From the IMG/VR virus record IMGVR_UViG_3300028840_006907, positions 128,001-192,000 of that record: 64,000 bases of DNA. One strand, given 5' to 3'. The notes under the pieces are model-generated. The model did no database searches, was not told where the DNA came from, and worked only from the letters and a program-made list of their open reading frames with translations. Shown one piece after another: positions 45,983-56,019 of the stretch (its first letter is position 1; every line of letters begins with the position of its first letter). Made by a program: the position numbers and the translations under genes. Source of the DNA: a virus.

Positions 45983-46906
45983 TTAAATGCCTGTTTGTAG
46001 TCTATAACTGATTAAAACTCTTTTTTGTATTGTATTTCCATAAATTCTGTGATCGAAAGCATCTTTCCCTTTTGTCTTTACCCATAAAAAGCCGTCTTTA
46101 TATTTAACTAGTGCGAATTGGCCTTTTAATTTTTTTCCATTAAAATTGAGAATATACTTGGTATCTCCTTCGGAATAAATAAGATCGAAAGTACCTTTAT
46201 CCCAAATTTTAACTTTACCTGCACCATAACCATCTTTTATTTCACCTTCGAATTGGCCATAAGCTATGGGATGATCTTCAGTTTCAATCAGATATACTTT
46301 GTTCTTTCTGGTAGGAATTTCGCGCAGTTTATTAACGAAAGACCTGTATACTGTTCCTGGATCCTTTGATCCTTTACCTGTAGGTTCATTGGTTTGAGGT
46401 CTCTTTTTATCATAGTTTTTAAGGGATCTTTCTAGTGATTTTACGGGGAATTCAAGTCTAACATCCCAATGTTTTCCAGCTTTGTCAGCTTCATGATTAT
46501 GGATAACGAATTTACCTTTATAACCTTGTTTCATTTTTTCCAGGTCATATCCGGCTGTAATAGTTCTGACTATATGAGATTCACCATTTATGCTTCGATT
46601 TATGATTGATGCAATTTTTTTGGATAACTTTTTATATTCTTCTGCGAAGGCATCAAATTTTTGAATAGCTTTTTTGATCTCATATTCTTTTACACCAGAA
46701 AGTGCTATTACAATTTGAGAGTCTTTTCGGTTAATGGTAAAACCGTGTTTACTTGCTATTTTAAAAACTCTTTTAGAAGGTTCATTATTAAAAATAAAAG
46801 CCCAATGATTTTTATACCATCCTAAACTAGCGGGTTTTTCTGGTATTAGGGCTTCAGCAGCATTTATGAGAGGTCCCTCTAAATGTATATGAGCTATTTT
46901 ATCCAT
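45983..46906 (-). CDS. protein with LigD-type 3'-phosphoesterase domain
   Basis: KFVIHNHEADKAGKHWDVRLE and ETEDHPIAYGQFEGEI...YGAGKVKIWDKG match the LigD phosphoesterase signature. Confidence 0.55.
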   Translation of the reverse strand: MDKIAHIHLEGPLINAAEALIPEKPASLGWYKNHWAFIFNNEPSKRVFKIASKHGFTINRKDSQIVIALSGVKEYEIKKAIQKFDAFAEEYKKLSKKIASIINRSINGESHIVRTITAGYDLEKMKQGYKGKFVIHNHEADKAGKHWDVRLEFPVKSLERSLKNYDKKRPQTNEPTGKGSKDPGTVYRSFVNKLREIPTRKNKVYLIETEDHPIAYGQFEGEIKDGYGAGKVKIWDKGTFDLIYSEGDTKYILNFNGKKLKGQFALVKYKDGFLWVKTKGKDAFDHRIYGNTIQKRVLISYRLQTGI

Positions 46907-47768
46907 AAGTTTCTGTTAATACCGGTTTCTTACCTTTAAGTTTTAACCATTCATATTTCTTTTTGTTGTTTTTTAAATGGTTTAAATATTCTTCTGTAAC
47001 AGTGATTTCTTTAAATTCCCCATCTATAAATTCATTTATTACTTCTCCTACTTTAGGAAGGGGCTCTTCTGAAAGTGGGGTTGAAGGGATTGTTTCTCCT
47101 TTTTGATGTTGTTGCTCTCGTTTTCTTAACCTTTTTATTTTACTTACTTCTGCTGGTGAAAGGGGTTCACCATAAAGGCTTTCTTTTTTAAGATAAGCTG
47201 ATAATACTCTGTGGGCAGCTTCTTTATTTTTTGTATCCTCCATATTAATTGACGCTCCTTCTCTATATTTATTTATAACTTTCATAGCTTTCTTTTTTCG
47301 TTGTCTCCACATATTGAGACATTGAGCCACTGCTTCATCATGGTCTTTTTTCTCAACTTTTAATAATTGGTGCATACAAGCAGACATCCATTCTTTTTCA
47401 TTTTTAAATTTATTTGGATTAGGCATATCAATAACCTTTTTTAAAGATGTTTTTATTTTGATATCTGTAAAAGCTCTTTTAAGAATATCTTCAGTTTCTT
47501 CAATTCCTTCGAGATAGGATTTAAATTCCTCCGGTCTTAGATAGACGAGAAGACGTAGAAATTCCCCGGCATGAACAACTTCTTCTTCTGCGATATCTCT
47601 CAATACATTCTCAACTTTACTATCTTTTATAGAATCAGCCAATTGGGTATATAATTGAACCGCTTCATATTCTGCTGCAATTAAAAATCTAATCGCTCTT
47701 ATAATCTCTTCTTTATCTAAATTTCGGTCATTTCTCAATCCCGAAAAAGGTGTCCCAAAGTCAGGCAT
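46899..47768 (-). CDS. hypothetical protein with ferritin-like N-terminal segment
   Basis: AAEYEAVQLYTQLA...AEEEVVHAGEFLRL resembles a ferritin/rubrerythrin-like pair; weak. Confidence 0.3.
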   Translation of the reverse strand: MPDFGTPFSGLRNDRNLDKEEIIRAIRFLIAAEYEAVQLYTQLADSIKDSKVENVLRDIAEEEVVHAGEFLRLLVYLRPEEFKSYLEGIEETEDILKRAFTDIKIKTSLKKVIDMPNPNKFKNEKEWMSACMHQLLKVEKKDHDEAVAQCLNMWRQRKKKAMKVINKYREGASINMEDTKNKEAAHRVLSAYLKKESLYGEPLSPAEVSKIKRLRKREQQHQKGETIPSTPLSEEPLPKVGEVINEFIDGEFKEITVTEEYLNHLKNNKKKYEWLKLKGKKPVLTETYG

Positions 47769-47782
47769 AATATTATTTCTCC

Positions 47783-48076
47783 TTAAATTATTGGTATTGA
47801 AACCACATTTTGGTGAGGGTGAAAGAAAACTTTATGACCATGAATATCTATTTCTATAATTTTATCTTTTAAAGTAAAACGATAATAATTACGGCCTTTT
47901 TCAACTCCACTCACATTTGTTTTATTTATTACCTGATCAACTTTGTGCTTTTTAATAAATTCTTTTGTGTTTTTTGATAATTTTTTAAATTGATCATTTA
48001 AATTGTCATCATTAAAATCGATGGTAGCTTCATCACTAACAGCTCTTTTATATTCATTCCATGAAATCTTTTCCAT
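47783..48076 (-). CDS. hypothetical protein
   Basis: ORF track. Confidence 0.35.
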   Translation of the reverse strand: MEKISWNEYKRAVSDEATIDFNDDNLNDQFKKLSKNTKEFIKKHKVDQVINKTNVSGVEKGRNYYRFTLKDKIIEIDIHGHKVFFHPHQNVVSIPII

Positions 48077-48363
48077 TATTCTTCCTCTTTAAAAGCATCT
48101 GGAAAATACACCGATGTTTTATTCGGCGCTGTACCCAAAGAAATGGCTTCTTTGAGTATTATTCTCATATCGTAAGCAGAAATTACATCGTCTTTTTTAA
48201 GGATAACTTCTAAAGAATCTCCATCATATCTAATCATCTTTTCAATGTGGCCTCTTTCTTTTCCCAGATCTTTTTGAAGTTTAACTGGAAGATCCGATGT
48301 CTTTTTAATTTCGATTTCTTCTGAAACTGCCATTTTATAATCATTCCATTTAACTTTTTTCAT
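48076..48363 (-). CDS. hypothetical protein
   Basis: Track ORF begins at TTG; trimmed to first ATG (MKKVKWNDYK). Confidence 0.35.
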   Translation of the reverse strand: MKKVKWNDYKMAVSEEIEIKKTSDLPVKLQKDLGKERGHIEKMIRYDGDSLEVILKKDDVISAYDMRIILKEAISLGTAPNKTSVYFPDAFKEEE

Positions 48364-48375
48364 ATTTGATTCCAA

Positions 48376-48951
48376 TTAAGGTCCTGGTGGTATTGCTGGT
48401 TCTACATCTACATCTCTTTTAGCTTCTTCTTCCTGTCTTTTCTCTTCTGTTAATAGCTCATTTTCAGCCCATACAAAAACTTGAATGCCATCACTAGTCC
48501 AGGATAAATCTTTAAATAATTTTAAGTTTCGATCCATTCTATCAATAATATCAGGATCAATTATATCATTACGACGGATCATTACTTTATATAAAAACAT
48601 ATCACCGTCTTGTTCGTTTTCGAGAATTTGGACTTCATTTTTTTCGATTATATTATTTATACCTAATTTTTTTAAAGTAGGTAAAACCTGGTTGTAAAGA
48701 TACGAAACTTCATAAGGATTTTCTTGAGCTTTAATCAGATAAGCTGTTTCTCTTATTATGTTGGCAAGAAATGTATTTTTTTCAATTTTTTTTAATCTCT
48801 TTTCAATATTTTCCTTTTGTTTAAGAAGCCTTTTTCTCTCAGGAGTATCTACTTCCTTTTCCTTTTTTGTAGGATCATCAGGAATATTTGAAGGATTTGG
48901 GTTATTTGTTTTCCCTGGACTGGTAGTGAAATTTCTCTGTGTTATAGCCAT
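48376..48951 (-). CDS. hypothetical protein
   Basis: ORF track. Confidence 0.4.
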   Translation of the reverse strand: MAITQRNFTTSPGKTNNPNPSNIPDDPTKKEKEVDTPERKRLLKQKENIEKRLKKIEKNTFLANIIRETAYLIKAQENPYEVSYLYNQVLPTLKKLGINNIIEKNEVQILENEQDGDMFLYKVMIRRNDIIDPDIIDRMDRNLKLFKDLSWTSDGIQVFVWAENELLTEEKRQEEEAKRDVDVEPAIPPGP

Positions 48952-49013
48952 AAAGTGTATAATCCTTATCTAAAGTAAGAATTATACACTTCGTATTAAA
49001 AGATAATTAGCAA

Positions 49014-50534
49014 TTATGAATAGTTTTTTCTCCCTACAATGGTGAAGGAATTCTTTTCTTGATTATAATTTGAGTACATGATAATTAAATTATTCCCCAT
49101 ATCTTTTTTAACTTCATCAAAGAATTGTGGTACTCCACCCATCATCATATGAACGATAAAATATCCTCCAGGTCGTATAAGGCCCTTACAATTTTCATAA
49201 ACAGGTTTATTCTGTGGACTAAATCCATGTGGTCCTAGATAAAGTACAAATGGAAAACTCTCTCTTTTAAATTCGGTTCCAAGATCGTCTATATCTGGTT
49301 TAGCGAATTTATTGGTATCAACTGTAATAACATTATGATGTTTATAATAACCGGAAAAGAAACAAAGTCCTTTATCAGCAGAGAGCATATATTTGTCTAC
49401 TTCGGATAAGTCGGGAGTTATTAACATTTCTTTCATGTAATTAAAATGTTGCCCAGTGAATTTGATTTTTAAATGATCAATTGCCTGTAAAACGTCCTCA
49501 GGTCTCACCTGAGTGAAGCAAGGACTAGGGTGGCCTTTGACACAAGTTCTGAAATCATGCTTGTAGCAGGGGCTACAAACCACACTAGGATCCAATCCTA
49601 TAGCATTTTTAAAGTATCTCATTCTTACTTCACTTGGAAATGGCCCATAAAGTCCCACTAATGGTTTATCTAGTGCCCCAGCTACTTGTACCATGAATGT
49701 GTCAGGAGAGATCACCATATCGAATCTTGTGGCTAATATCATAACTTGTCTAACACTGTAGTTGGTGGCTAAATAGACATTATTATTGCCTCCTTTGAAA
49801 TAACTTCCTATTACGTTATGTTGTGGCATTCCTATTAGCACAATTTTAACTTTGTTCTCTCTTGCAAGTATATCAATGATAACTTTCATTTTTTCTTTAG
49901 GAAAATTACGTAATGGAGCAGAAGTTTCCATTTGGATTCCGATAACATATTCTTCGGATTTAATCCCTATAATTGCAAGTTCTTTTTCAAGCCAATCCAT
50001 TTCTTCTTTTACATAAAAGAGTTGTGGTTTTTTGTCCTCAGGAGGAAGATGGATGCTATCAATACTGAAATAACTAAAAAACATATCTACAGCGTGAGTT
50101 TTCTTTGATTGCTCACTAGAAGATTCTATGATACCTTGGAACATGAGATGGTAATCGACTTCTTCCAATAACTGAGCATCAAAAGGCATATCATAGAGTC
50201 CGTCTATTTCCGGAACGTTTTCAAGTGATTGCTTACATCCTGAAGCTACCCGTATGAAAGAAGTAGGATATTTTTTCTTAAGGTATCGGAGAACTGGACT
50301 AAGAAATAAGATATCACCAATACCACCAGTTCTCCAGCACATTAATTTTTTATTGGTTAAATCCTCACCTTTATATGGTCTGTATATGGTTTCAATAGGA
50401 TAAGACATTCCTATATTTTGAGGAAATAAATTACGGTATTGCCCTTCGATGTCTTCAGCCATAACATAACTATGATTGGCTTCAAGAGTTTTATCAGCAT
50501 GGGTAAATGTTTCAGATATTTCAACTTTTCTCAT
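49014..50534 (-). CDS. glycosyltransferase family 9 (heptosyltransferase-like) domain protein
   Basis: WRTGGIGDILFLSPVLRYLKKKYP and VISPDTFMVQVAGALDKPLVGLYGP resemble GT9 N- and C-terminal motifs; extra terminal regions. Confidence 0.45.
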   Translation of the reverse strand: MRKVEISETFTHADKTLEANHSYVMAEDIEGQYRNLFPQNIGMSYPIETIYRPYKGEDLTNKKLMCWRTGGIGDILFLSPVLRYLKKKYPTSFIRVASGCKQSLENVPEIDGLYDMPFDAQLLEEVDYHLMFQGIIESSSEQSKKTHAVDMFFSYFSIDSIHLPPEDKKPQLFYVKEEMDWLEKELAIIGIKSEEYVIGIQMETSAPLRNFPKEKMKVIIDILARENKVKIVLIGMPQHNVIGSYFKGGNNNVYLATNYSVRQVMILATRFDMVISPDTFMVQVAGALDKPLVGLYGPFPSEVRMRYFKNAIGLDPSVVCSPCYKHDFRTCVKGHPSPCFTQVRPEDVLQAIDHLKIKFTGQHFNYMKEMLITPDLSEVDKYMLSADKGLCFFSGYYKHHNVITVDTNKFAKPDIDDLGTEFKRESFPFVLYLGPHGFSPQNKPVYENCKGLIRPGGYFIVHMMMGGVPQFFDEVKKDMGNNLIIMYSNYNQEKNSFTIVGRKNYS

Positions 50535-50797
50535 TTTTTAACTCCTCCATCATAGAAATTGATTTTCAAGGATCCTTCCATGATCCCGTCTGGGCCTATG
50601 GCTCCTACATCATTTTTAAGAAAAAGAGGCCATCGTTTATCAAATTCTCCGGTAGCAAATATTCCTTTTTCTTCCATCATTTTAATTAGTAAGTTGATAC
50701 GTAAATCAATATTGTAGATATTCATCCGGTATTGATCTAAGATTTGATTTTGTTGAGCTGTTCTTAAACTTAGAAGCTCAGTACTCTCACCTGGCAT
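50531..50797 (-). CDS. hypothetical protein
   Basis: ORF track. Confidence 0.35.
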   Translation of the reverse strand: MPGESTELLSLRTAQQNQILDQYRMNIYNIDLRINLLIKMMEEKGIFATGEFDKRWPLFLKNDVGAIGPDGIMEGSLKINFYDGGVKK

Positions 50798-51723
50798 GGT
50801 GCCTCCTTTTCAAGTTGATATAATTTGTGATATAACAATTTTTCTTTTTCAGAAATTATTGAAGGTATTTTTATTTTAATAATTGCTTTAAAGTCCCCGA
50901 CTTCTTTTTTGTATGTTATTCCTTTGTTTTTGAATTCTATTTTCTGCCCGTATTGTGTCCCAGGAGGGATTTTTATGTTCACAGTTTTTTTGAAAACTTT
51001 AAGATTAAACGAATCTCCAAGTATTGCTTGAATAGGGCTAATGGTTATTTTTCCAATAATATCAAGGCCATTTACATAGTATCTGGGATCTTCTTTAATA
51101 ATTAGACTTACAATTAAATCGCCAGGAGATCCCCCAGGAATACAATTGCCAAGTTTAGGTATTCTTATGATTTCTAAAAGTGGGTTAAGGGTTATTGTAT
51201 GCTGAATTATCTCAGGCTGGAGAGCAGTTCCATTACATATCTTACATTGATCTCCTTCAGGAATTCTTCCCATACCTTTGCAATATGTACATTTCTTTTT
51301 AGATCCTAGTATCAGTGATAATCCCTGTAAGCCAGTGCCATTACAGTATACACATTTTTTTAATAGCCTCTCTGCTGAACCTGTGCCCGAGCAATCTTTG
51401 CATGGCCCTTTTCTTTTAATTACAATTAATTTATTTATACTTTGAATTAGGTCCATTCTGGTCACGTTTATAGAGACTTTTAAATTGCTTCCTTGTTTGA
51501 AACTTCTTTTCTTTACGAATTGGTTGTCATATTTTTTTCTTTTATTCTCATCTTTTAAAACTTCATAGGCATCTGTGGCTTCTCTGAATTTTTCTTCAGC
51601 AATTTTATCATCAGGGTTTTTGTCAGGATGATACTTTATAGCCAACTTTCGATAAGCGACTTTAATCTCTATATCTGTAGCATCTTCTGGTATATTTAAG
51701 ATCTTATAATAGTTCTTATTCAT
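50770..51723 (-). CDS. dnaJ: DnaJ-like chaperone (J domain plus CXXCXGXG zinc-finger repeats)
   Basis: J domain YYKILNIPEDAT...YHPDKN with HPD; four C-x-x-C-x-G-x-G repeats. Confidence 0.7.
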   Translation of the reverse strand: MNKNYYKILNIPEDATDIEIKVAYRKLAIKYHPDKNPDDKIAEEKFREATDAYEVLKDENKRKKYDNQFVKKRSFKQGSNLKVSINVTRMDLIQSINKLIVIKRKGPCKDCSGTGSAERLLKKCVYCNGTGLQGLSLILGSKKKCTYCKGMGRIPEGDQCKICNGTALQPEIIQHTITLNPLLEIIRIPKLGNCIPGGSPGDLIVSLIIKEDPRYYVNGLDIIGKITISPIQAILGDSFNLKVFKKTVNIKIPPGTQYGQKIEFKNKGITYKKEVGDFKAIIKIKIPSIISEKEKLLYHKLYQLEKEAPCQVRVLSF

Positions 51724-51819
51724 TTCAAAAAATAGAAAAAAGTTTCAAAAGATTATTAATGGGTTTAATAATTATACGATATCTGGAAGTGATCGCGATA
51801 AGTAAAAAATTTTTTATTT

Positions 51820-52230
51820 TTAGGTGTAGGTATAAAAGAAGCGAAAATTAGGTTCATCAATTCCGGATCTGGTAGTGACTTGTGAGTCTATCCATAGATA
51901 ATAGGACGAAGTGGTATCCCAATTAACTGAGACTCCGTTTGGAGAGGATGCCGTAGCATCAGGGACTTCTGTAAAGTGAGTAGATAATTTGTTACTCCCT
52001 GATTCTATCGAGGATTCGAAAGCTGAGGAGATATAATACCCAAATTCAGTATCTTTCCATGTCCCTTTGTTTTCAAGATAAACTTTGAAATCTGTTATAT
52101 TTTCATTGGAGAAGGCTCTTAAAACAATAGGTTTAACTGAGTGTTGATTTTGGATAATATCACCAAAATTTAAAGCACTGACTTGTTCAATGAGATCACC
52201 AGTAATATAATCATATGTTTCGAAATACAT
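51820..52230 (-). CDS. hypothetical protein
   Basis: ORF track. Confidence 0.4.
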   Translation of the reverse strand: MYFETYDYITGDLIEQVSALNFGDIIQNQHSVKPIVLRAFSNENITDFKVYLENKGTWKDTEFGYYISSAFESSIESGSNKLSTHFTEVPDATASSPNGVSVNWDTTSSYYLWIDSQVTTRSGIDEPNFRFFYTYT

Positions 52231-52363
52231 ACTAGTGAACGGAATATTAAAAGATAATCAAAAAAGGTAAAGGCTGAAGAGAGGCCAATCTCTTCAGCCT
52301 TTGGCTCATATAGTTTAAAGGAAAACAAATAGAAAATATTTAAAAAGAAAGGAATCGTGCCCT

Positions 52364-52561
52364 TTAATTTTTGACTGTTTTATAACGAAGGTTTCCTTCG
52401 GGATCACAAAACGAAGTGTAAACTTTTCCACCACCGATGCCGAGGAGAACTGTGATAAAGATATTAGACCAGATATTTAAATGACTGAAACAAAAGAGTA
52501 ATATCATAAGGACAGTTAATATTGAAAATATGATTGTTGCTACAGTTTTATTGGTTTTCAT
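52364..52561 (-). CDS. small membrane protein
   Basis: Two hydrophobic helices in 65 aa. Confidence 0.35.
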   Translation of the reverse strand: MKTNKTVATIIFSILTVLMILLFCFSHLNIWSNIFITVLLGIGGGKVYTSFCDPEGNLRYKTVKN

Positions 52562-52564
52562 TGG

Positions 52565-52966
52565 TTACCTCTTTCTCAAAGATGAAAAAATGGATTTTAA
52601 ACGAGCATCAGAAAGTAACTCTTCTTGTAAACGTTTCTGACAAGCTGTACATTTTTCTATATGTCCTGCAATAATTTCTTTTTGAATATTATTAAGATTG
52701 TCTATCCAATTATAATTGCTATCATTAATATCTTCTGTAAAAACATAGGCATTAATATGACCTTTTGGATCAAAAATTTCATGACGTAATAGGAACTCAT
52801 TACCACATTTATCACACTTACTAAGTTCATCCCAATGTTTCGGTTCGCTCCATCTCTTTTCTAAATAGGTTATATTATTAACGTCTGTAAGATTAGTACC
52901 ACATTTTTTGCAGTTAGTTTTTTTATCATCTAATTTAATAATCTGAATGCCTGTTGGTTTTTTCAT
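52565..52966 (-). CDS. zinc-ribbon protein
   Basis: CKKCGTN...CDKCGNE...CTACQKR. Confidence 0.4.
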   Translation of the reverse strand: MKKPTGIQIIKLDDKKTNCKKCGTNLTDVNNITYLEKRWSEPKHWDELSKCDKCGNEFLLRHEIFDPKGHINAYVFTEDINDSNYNWIDNLNNIQKEIIAGHIEKCTACQKRLQEELLSDARLKSIFSSLRKR

Positions 52967-52969
52967 TTT

Positions 52970-53518
52970 TTATTTTGCCTTTTCTCTGTATATCTTTGCT
53001 CTCTCTTTATTTTTTTCTCTACATTTTTTGCAAAGGGTGGTACTCCCATCTGCTATAGGATATTTACCACATCGACCACATAGACCTAATTGGTAACGGC
53101 GACGGTATGATTGAGAAATACATTTTTTGCAAGAAGTTTGTCCAGGAAGTCTTGGATTGGTTTCACAATACCCGCATAAACCTTTTTTAAGGAATTTATT
53201 TCTTCTCCTTCTTTTATATTCTTTAGCAAACATTTTACAAGTTGAACAAGCTTTGATGAATTTTCCTTTATTTTTTTCCATATCTTCTTTAGAAAGCTTA
53301 TTTCCACAAATAAAACATTGGCTTTTGTATGCTTTTCTTGTAATTCTGGTAATATTATATATTTGTGTAACTGTGACACCAAATATTTTAGCCACTATTT
53401 CAGCAGGGATTTTATCTTTGTTTCTGAAGGTGTAAACCTGTCTTTTTTCTTCAGTAGTCCACTCATAATTTTTCTTTTCTTTTACACCATCTAAATACCA
53501 AGAAGGTCTCTCAGCCAT
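52970..53518 (-). CDS. putative DNA-binding protein (HTH plus multiple zinc fingers)
   Basis: IPAEIVAKIFGVTVTQIYNI HTH-like segment followed by five CxxC pairs. Confidence 0.4.
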   Translation of the reverse strand: MAERPSWYLDGVKEKKNYEWTTEEKRQVYTFRNKDKIPAEIVAKIFGVTVTQIYNITRITRKAYKSQCFICGNKLSKEDMEKNKGKFIKACSTCKMFAKEYKRRRRNKFLKKGLCGYCETNPRLPGQTSCKKCISQSYRRRYQLGLCGRCGKYPIADGSTTLCKKCREKNKERAKIYREKAK

Positions 53519-53906
53519 TACATACCTCTTCTGTTAAACGTGTTTTTGAAGAGTACCAAATTTGTTCATCTATGCTGTATAATACACATGTGATGGTACC
53601 GTTCATTGGAGGTTTCTTCTCAGTAGAAGGGAAGGGAATTTTTATTTCATTTCTATCAATTTTCCCTACTACAACATATTTTTCTGGGCTTATATCAATT
53701 ATTCTTTCTATTTTAATCTGAAATGTTTTCTCTTTTATATTGTTTGCTTCATGATGTATCCTTTTACAATCAACTAAAAATTCTTCAGCTATTGAGATAA
53801 ATATCTTTTGTTTTTCTATGGGTAGGTTGAAAAACTCTTTCATTAAAAGGGTCTTGAACCATCTTTTATATTTATCAAATCGTTTTTCAATTTTGTTTAT
53901 GTTCAT
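53511..53906 (-). CDS. hypothetical protein
   Basis: ORF track. Confidence 0.4.
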   Translation of the reverse strand: MNINKIEKRFDKYKRWFKTLLMKEFFNLPIEKQKIFISIAEEFLVDCKRIHHEANNIKEKTFQIKIERIIDISPEKYVVVGKIDRNEIKIPFPSTEKKPPMNGTITCVLYSIDEQIWYSSKTRLTEEVCNG

Positions 53907-54012
53907 GCTGACTCCTTATAAATATTATACCAGTCTACAAAGGGAAAACTACCAACTTTTATTTAGGTTTTTTATAACCTAAATAGATATAAGGAGTTAT
54001 GACTAAAGAAAA

Positions 54013-54312
54013 TTAGTGTGGAATTCCCACAAGTTTCTTAGTTTTCTTTATTTTTGGGACAACTAATTTAAATTTATGTGGTTTTTTTGGTTTTCCAGGT
54101 TTAGTATGTTTTATTTTTTTAAACCAAGTTGGTTTATATCTCATGAACATTTTTCTATGTTTAAGAACACTTCCATGGGTTCGCATGTATCTACGTCTCT
54201 GTACTCGGATCTTACTTCGATTCTTTCTATAATATAAACGGGCTTTAAGTCTTTGAGAAGGACTTCTGCGAGTAGGAGGTTTAATTCTGAGTTTTACTGC
54301 GATTTTTTCCAT
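54013..54312 (-). CDS. highly basic small protein
   Basis: R/K-rich 99 aa sequence, likely nucleic-acid binding. Confidence 0.35.
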   Translation of the reverse strand: MEKIAVKLRIKPPTRRSPSQRLKARLYYRKNRSKIRVQRRRYMRTHGSVLKHRKMFMRYKPTWFKKIKHTKPGKPKKPHKFKLVVPKIKKTKKLVGIPH

Positions 54313-54316
54313 AATA

Positions 54317-54757
54317 TTAATGCTCGATTCCTTTTTCCATCTCTTCGAGTAAATCGTAATAGTTAGGTATCTCTGCTAAATGATCAAGAGCTATTTTAAG
54401 AGCTATTTTTTTATGAATCGTTTCTTGAAAAGAACTGTCTTTTTTGATGTGCTCTTTTTCTACTTTTATCCCTTTTTTTAGTTGTTTCTTATCTACATCT
54501 TTTTCTGTTATTTTTTTTTCTGTAGCTAAACCATTCGACATAAAAGATACAAATGCTGAGGCTAATTTATAGATCTCTTTTTCGAAGTCATGTATATCAT
54601 AATTATTTTTTTCTGCAAAAGAATGCACTTGAGAGTCACTAGGATTAGGATTCTCTTTTAAAAATGAGAAGACATCTTCTTCTATATTTTTGGCTATTTT
54701 TCTGGTGCACAATAAGGCTGCTACTCTTAATATAGATGAGATATTTATTTGTGACAT
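54317..54757 (-). CDS. hypothetical protein
   Basis: ORF track. Confidence 0.4.
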   Translation of the reverse strand: MSQINISSILRVAALLCTRKIAKNIEEDVFSFLKENPNPSDSQVHSFAEKNNYDIHDFEKEIYKLASAFVSFMSNGLATEKKITEKDVDKKQLKKGIKVEKEHIKKDSSFQETIHKKIALKIALDHLAEIPNYYDLLEEMEKGIEH

Positions 54758-55010
54758 ATTTATACTCCTTATTAGTTTTTAGAAGTAAGTAGAAATAAAT
54801 AGATTATTACAAATTCTTTTTAAGAGTTTTTTGATATGATTATATATAATTTGATTGAAAGAACTATCTTTTCTTTCCCACAATCACACTTACATTTCAA
54901 ATATATATGACGGTTTTTATCTCTTTTCTCAATTTTTAATACAGTTAATCTGCCAAATTTTTTATTGATTAAATTATCAGGTTTACCTATCATAATCGTT
55001 GGAAGGGTTT

Positions 55011-55538
55011 TTATAGATCGTGCATCTTTTTAAATTTATAAAGTCGGTATTCTGCAGATTTTTTTAATTTTTTTTCAATTTGTTCATATTCATTCAATAA
55101 TTCCTGAACTTTATTTGTAGTGAGATGGCCTCGGGCTATTTTCTTTTCAATCTCTTTCATTCTCTTCAAAGGTCGAGTTACTTTTCTGTACATATTATTT
55201 TGACCTTGCAGAGCAGATTGATTTTTTAACTTATGACAATTTTTACAATAGTATTTTTGTACTCTTGTAGCTAATTCGATGGGAGGGAGAAATAGTTTGC
55301 TACATCTTTTCTTACATTTAGGGCATTTAAAAAACCATCTATATCCTCCCAGATAATTCTCCATAGCTTCATATTCAAAAACCTGATCATTTACTGTGAA
55401 TTTATTTAATTCTTTTAAAGTTAAGTCATAGAATTCTTCCTGTGTGGATTCAGGATAGTCTCTATTAATAATCTTTTTTATAGTTTTTTGTAGAGTATTT
55501 ATGTCTACTGAACTACAATTTTCCACTGTGATTTGCAT
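55011..55538 (-). CDS. hypothetical protein with zinc ribbon
   Basis: CPKCKKRC...CKNCHK. Confidence 0.4.
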   Translation of the reverse strand: MQITVENCSSVDINTLQKTIKKIINRDYPESTQEEFYDLTLKELNKFTVNDQVFEYEAMENYLGGYRWFFKCPKCKKRCSKLFLPPIELATRVQKYYCKNCHKLKNQSALQGQNNMYRKVTRPLKRMKEIEKKIARGHLTTNKVQELLNEYEQIEKKLKKSAEYRLYKFKKMHDL

Positions 55539-55693
55539 TTATAACTGTCCTTCTAGAGTAAAAAAGTGTTTAATATAGATAAAATATCAAAAGATTATTA
55601 AAGATGACTTATAGTATATATAAAATAAATTGTTGAATATGGTTTTTAATTGGGTATAAATCATATTCTTAATGCTTTTTATATAATTTTACT

Positions 55694-55996
55694 TTATCCA
55701 GAAGTTTTTTTGTTATCGAATATATGTTGAGCTTCCTTTGAAAATTTGAAAAAAGGAGCTTGATATGATGGTATATCTACTGTTTCTCCTGTACGAGGGT
55801 TTCTTCCTATACGTTTGTTTCTTCTTTTCACACTAAAAGCTCCAAAGCCTCTGATTTCAATTCTGTTTTCCCTTGATAGATTTTCTAATACCTGATCAAG
55901 AAACAGTTCGACGACGGATTTTACGTCATTTACCGGTCTACCAAGTTTTTGTGCTATTTGGTTGCATATATCTAATTTTGTGGTATTTTTACTCAT
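55694..55996 (-). CDS. HU/IHF-family DNA-binding protein
   Basis: RGFGAFSVKRRNKRIGRNPRTGETVDIP matches the HU arm motif (GFGxF...R.GRNPxTGE). Confidence 0.65.
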   Translation of the reverse strand: MSKNTTKLDICNQIAQKLGRPVNDVKSVVELFLDQVLENLSRENRIEIRGFGAFSVKRRNKRIGRNPRTGETVDIPSYQAPFFKFSKEAQHIFDNKKTSG

Positions 55997-56019
55997 GCTA
56001 AACTCTCCTTAAAGACCTT

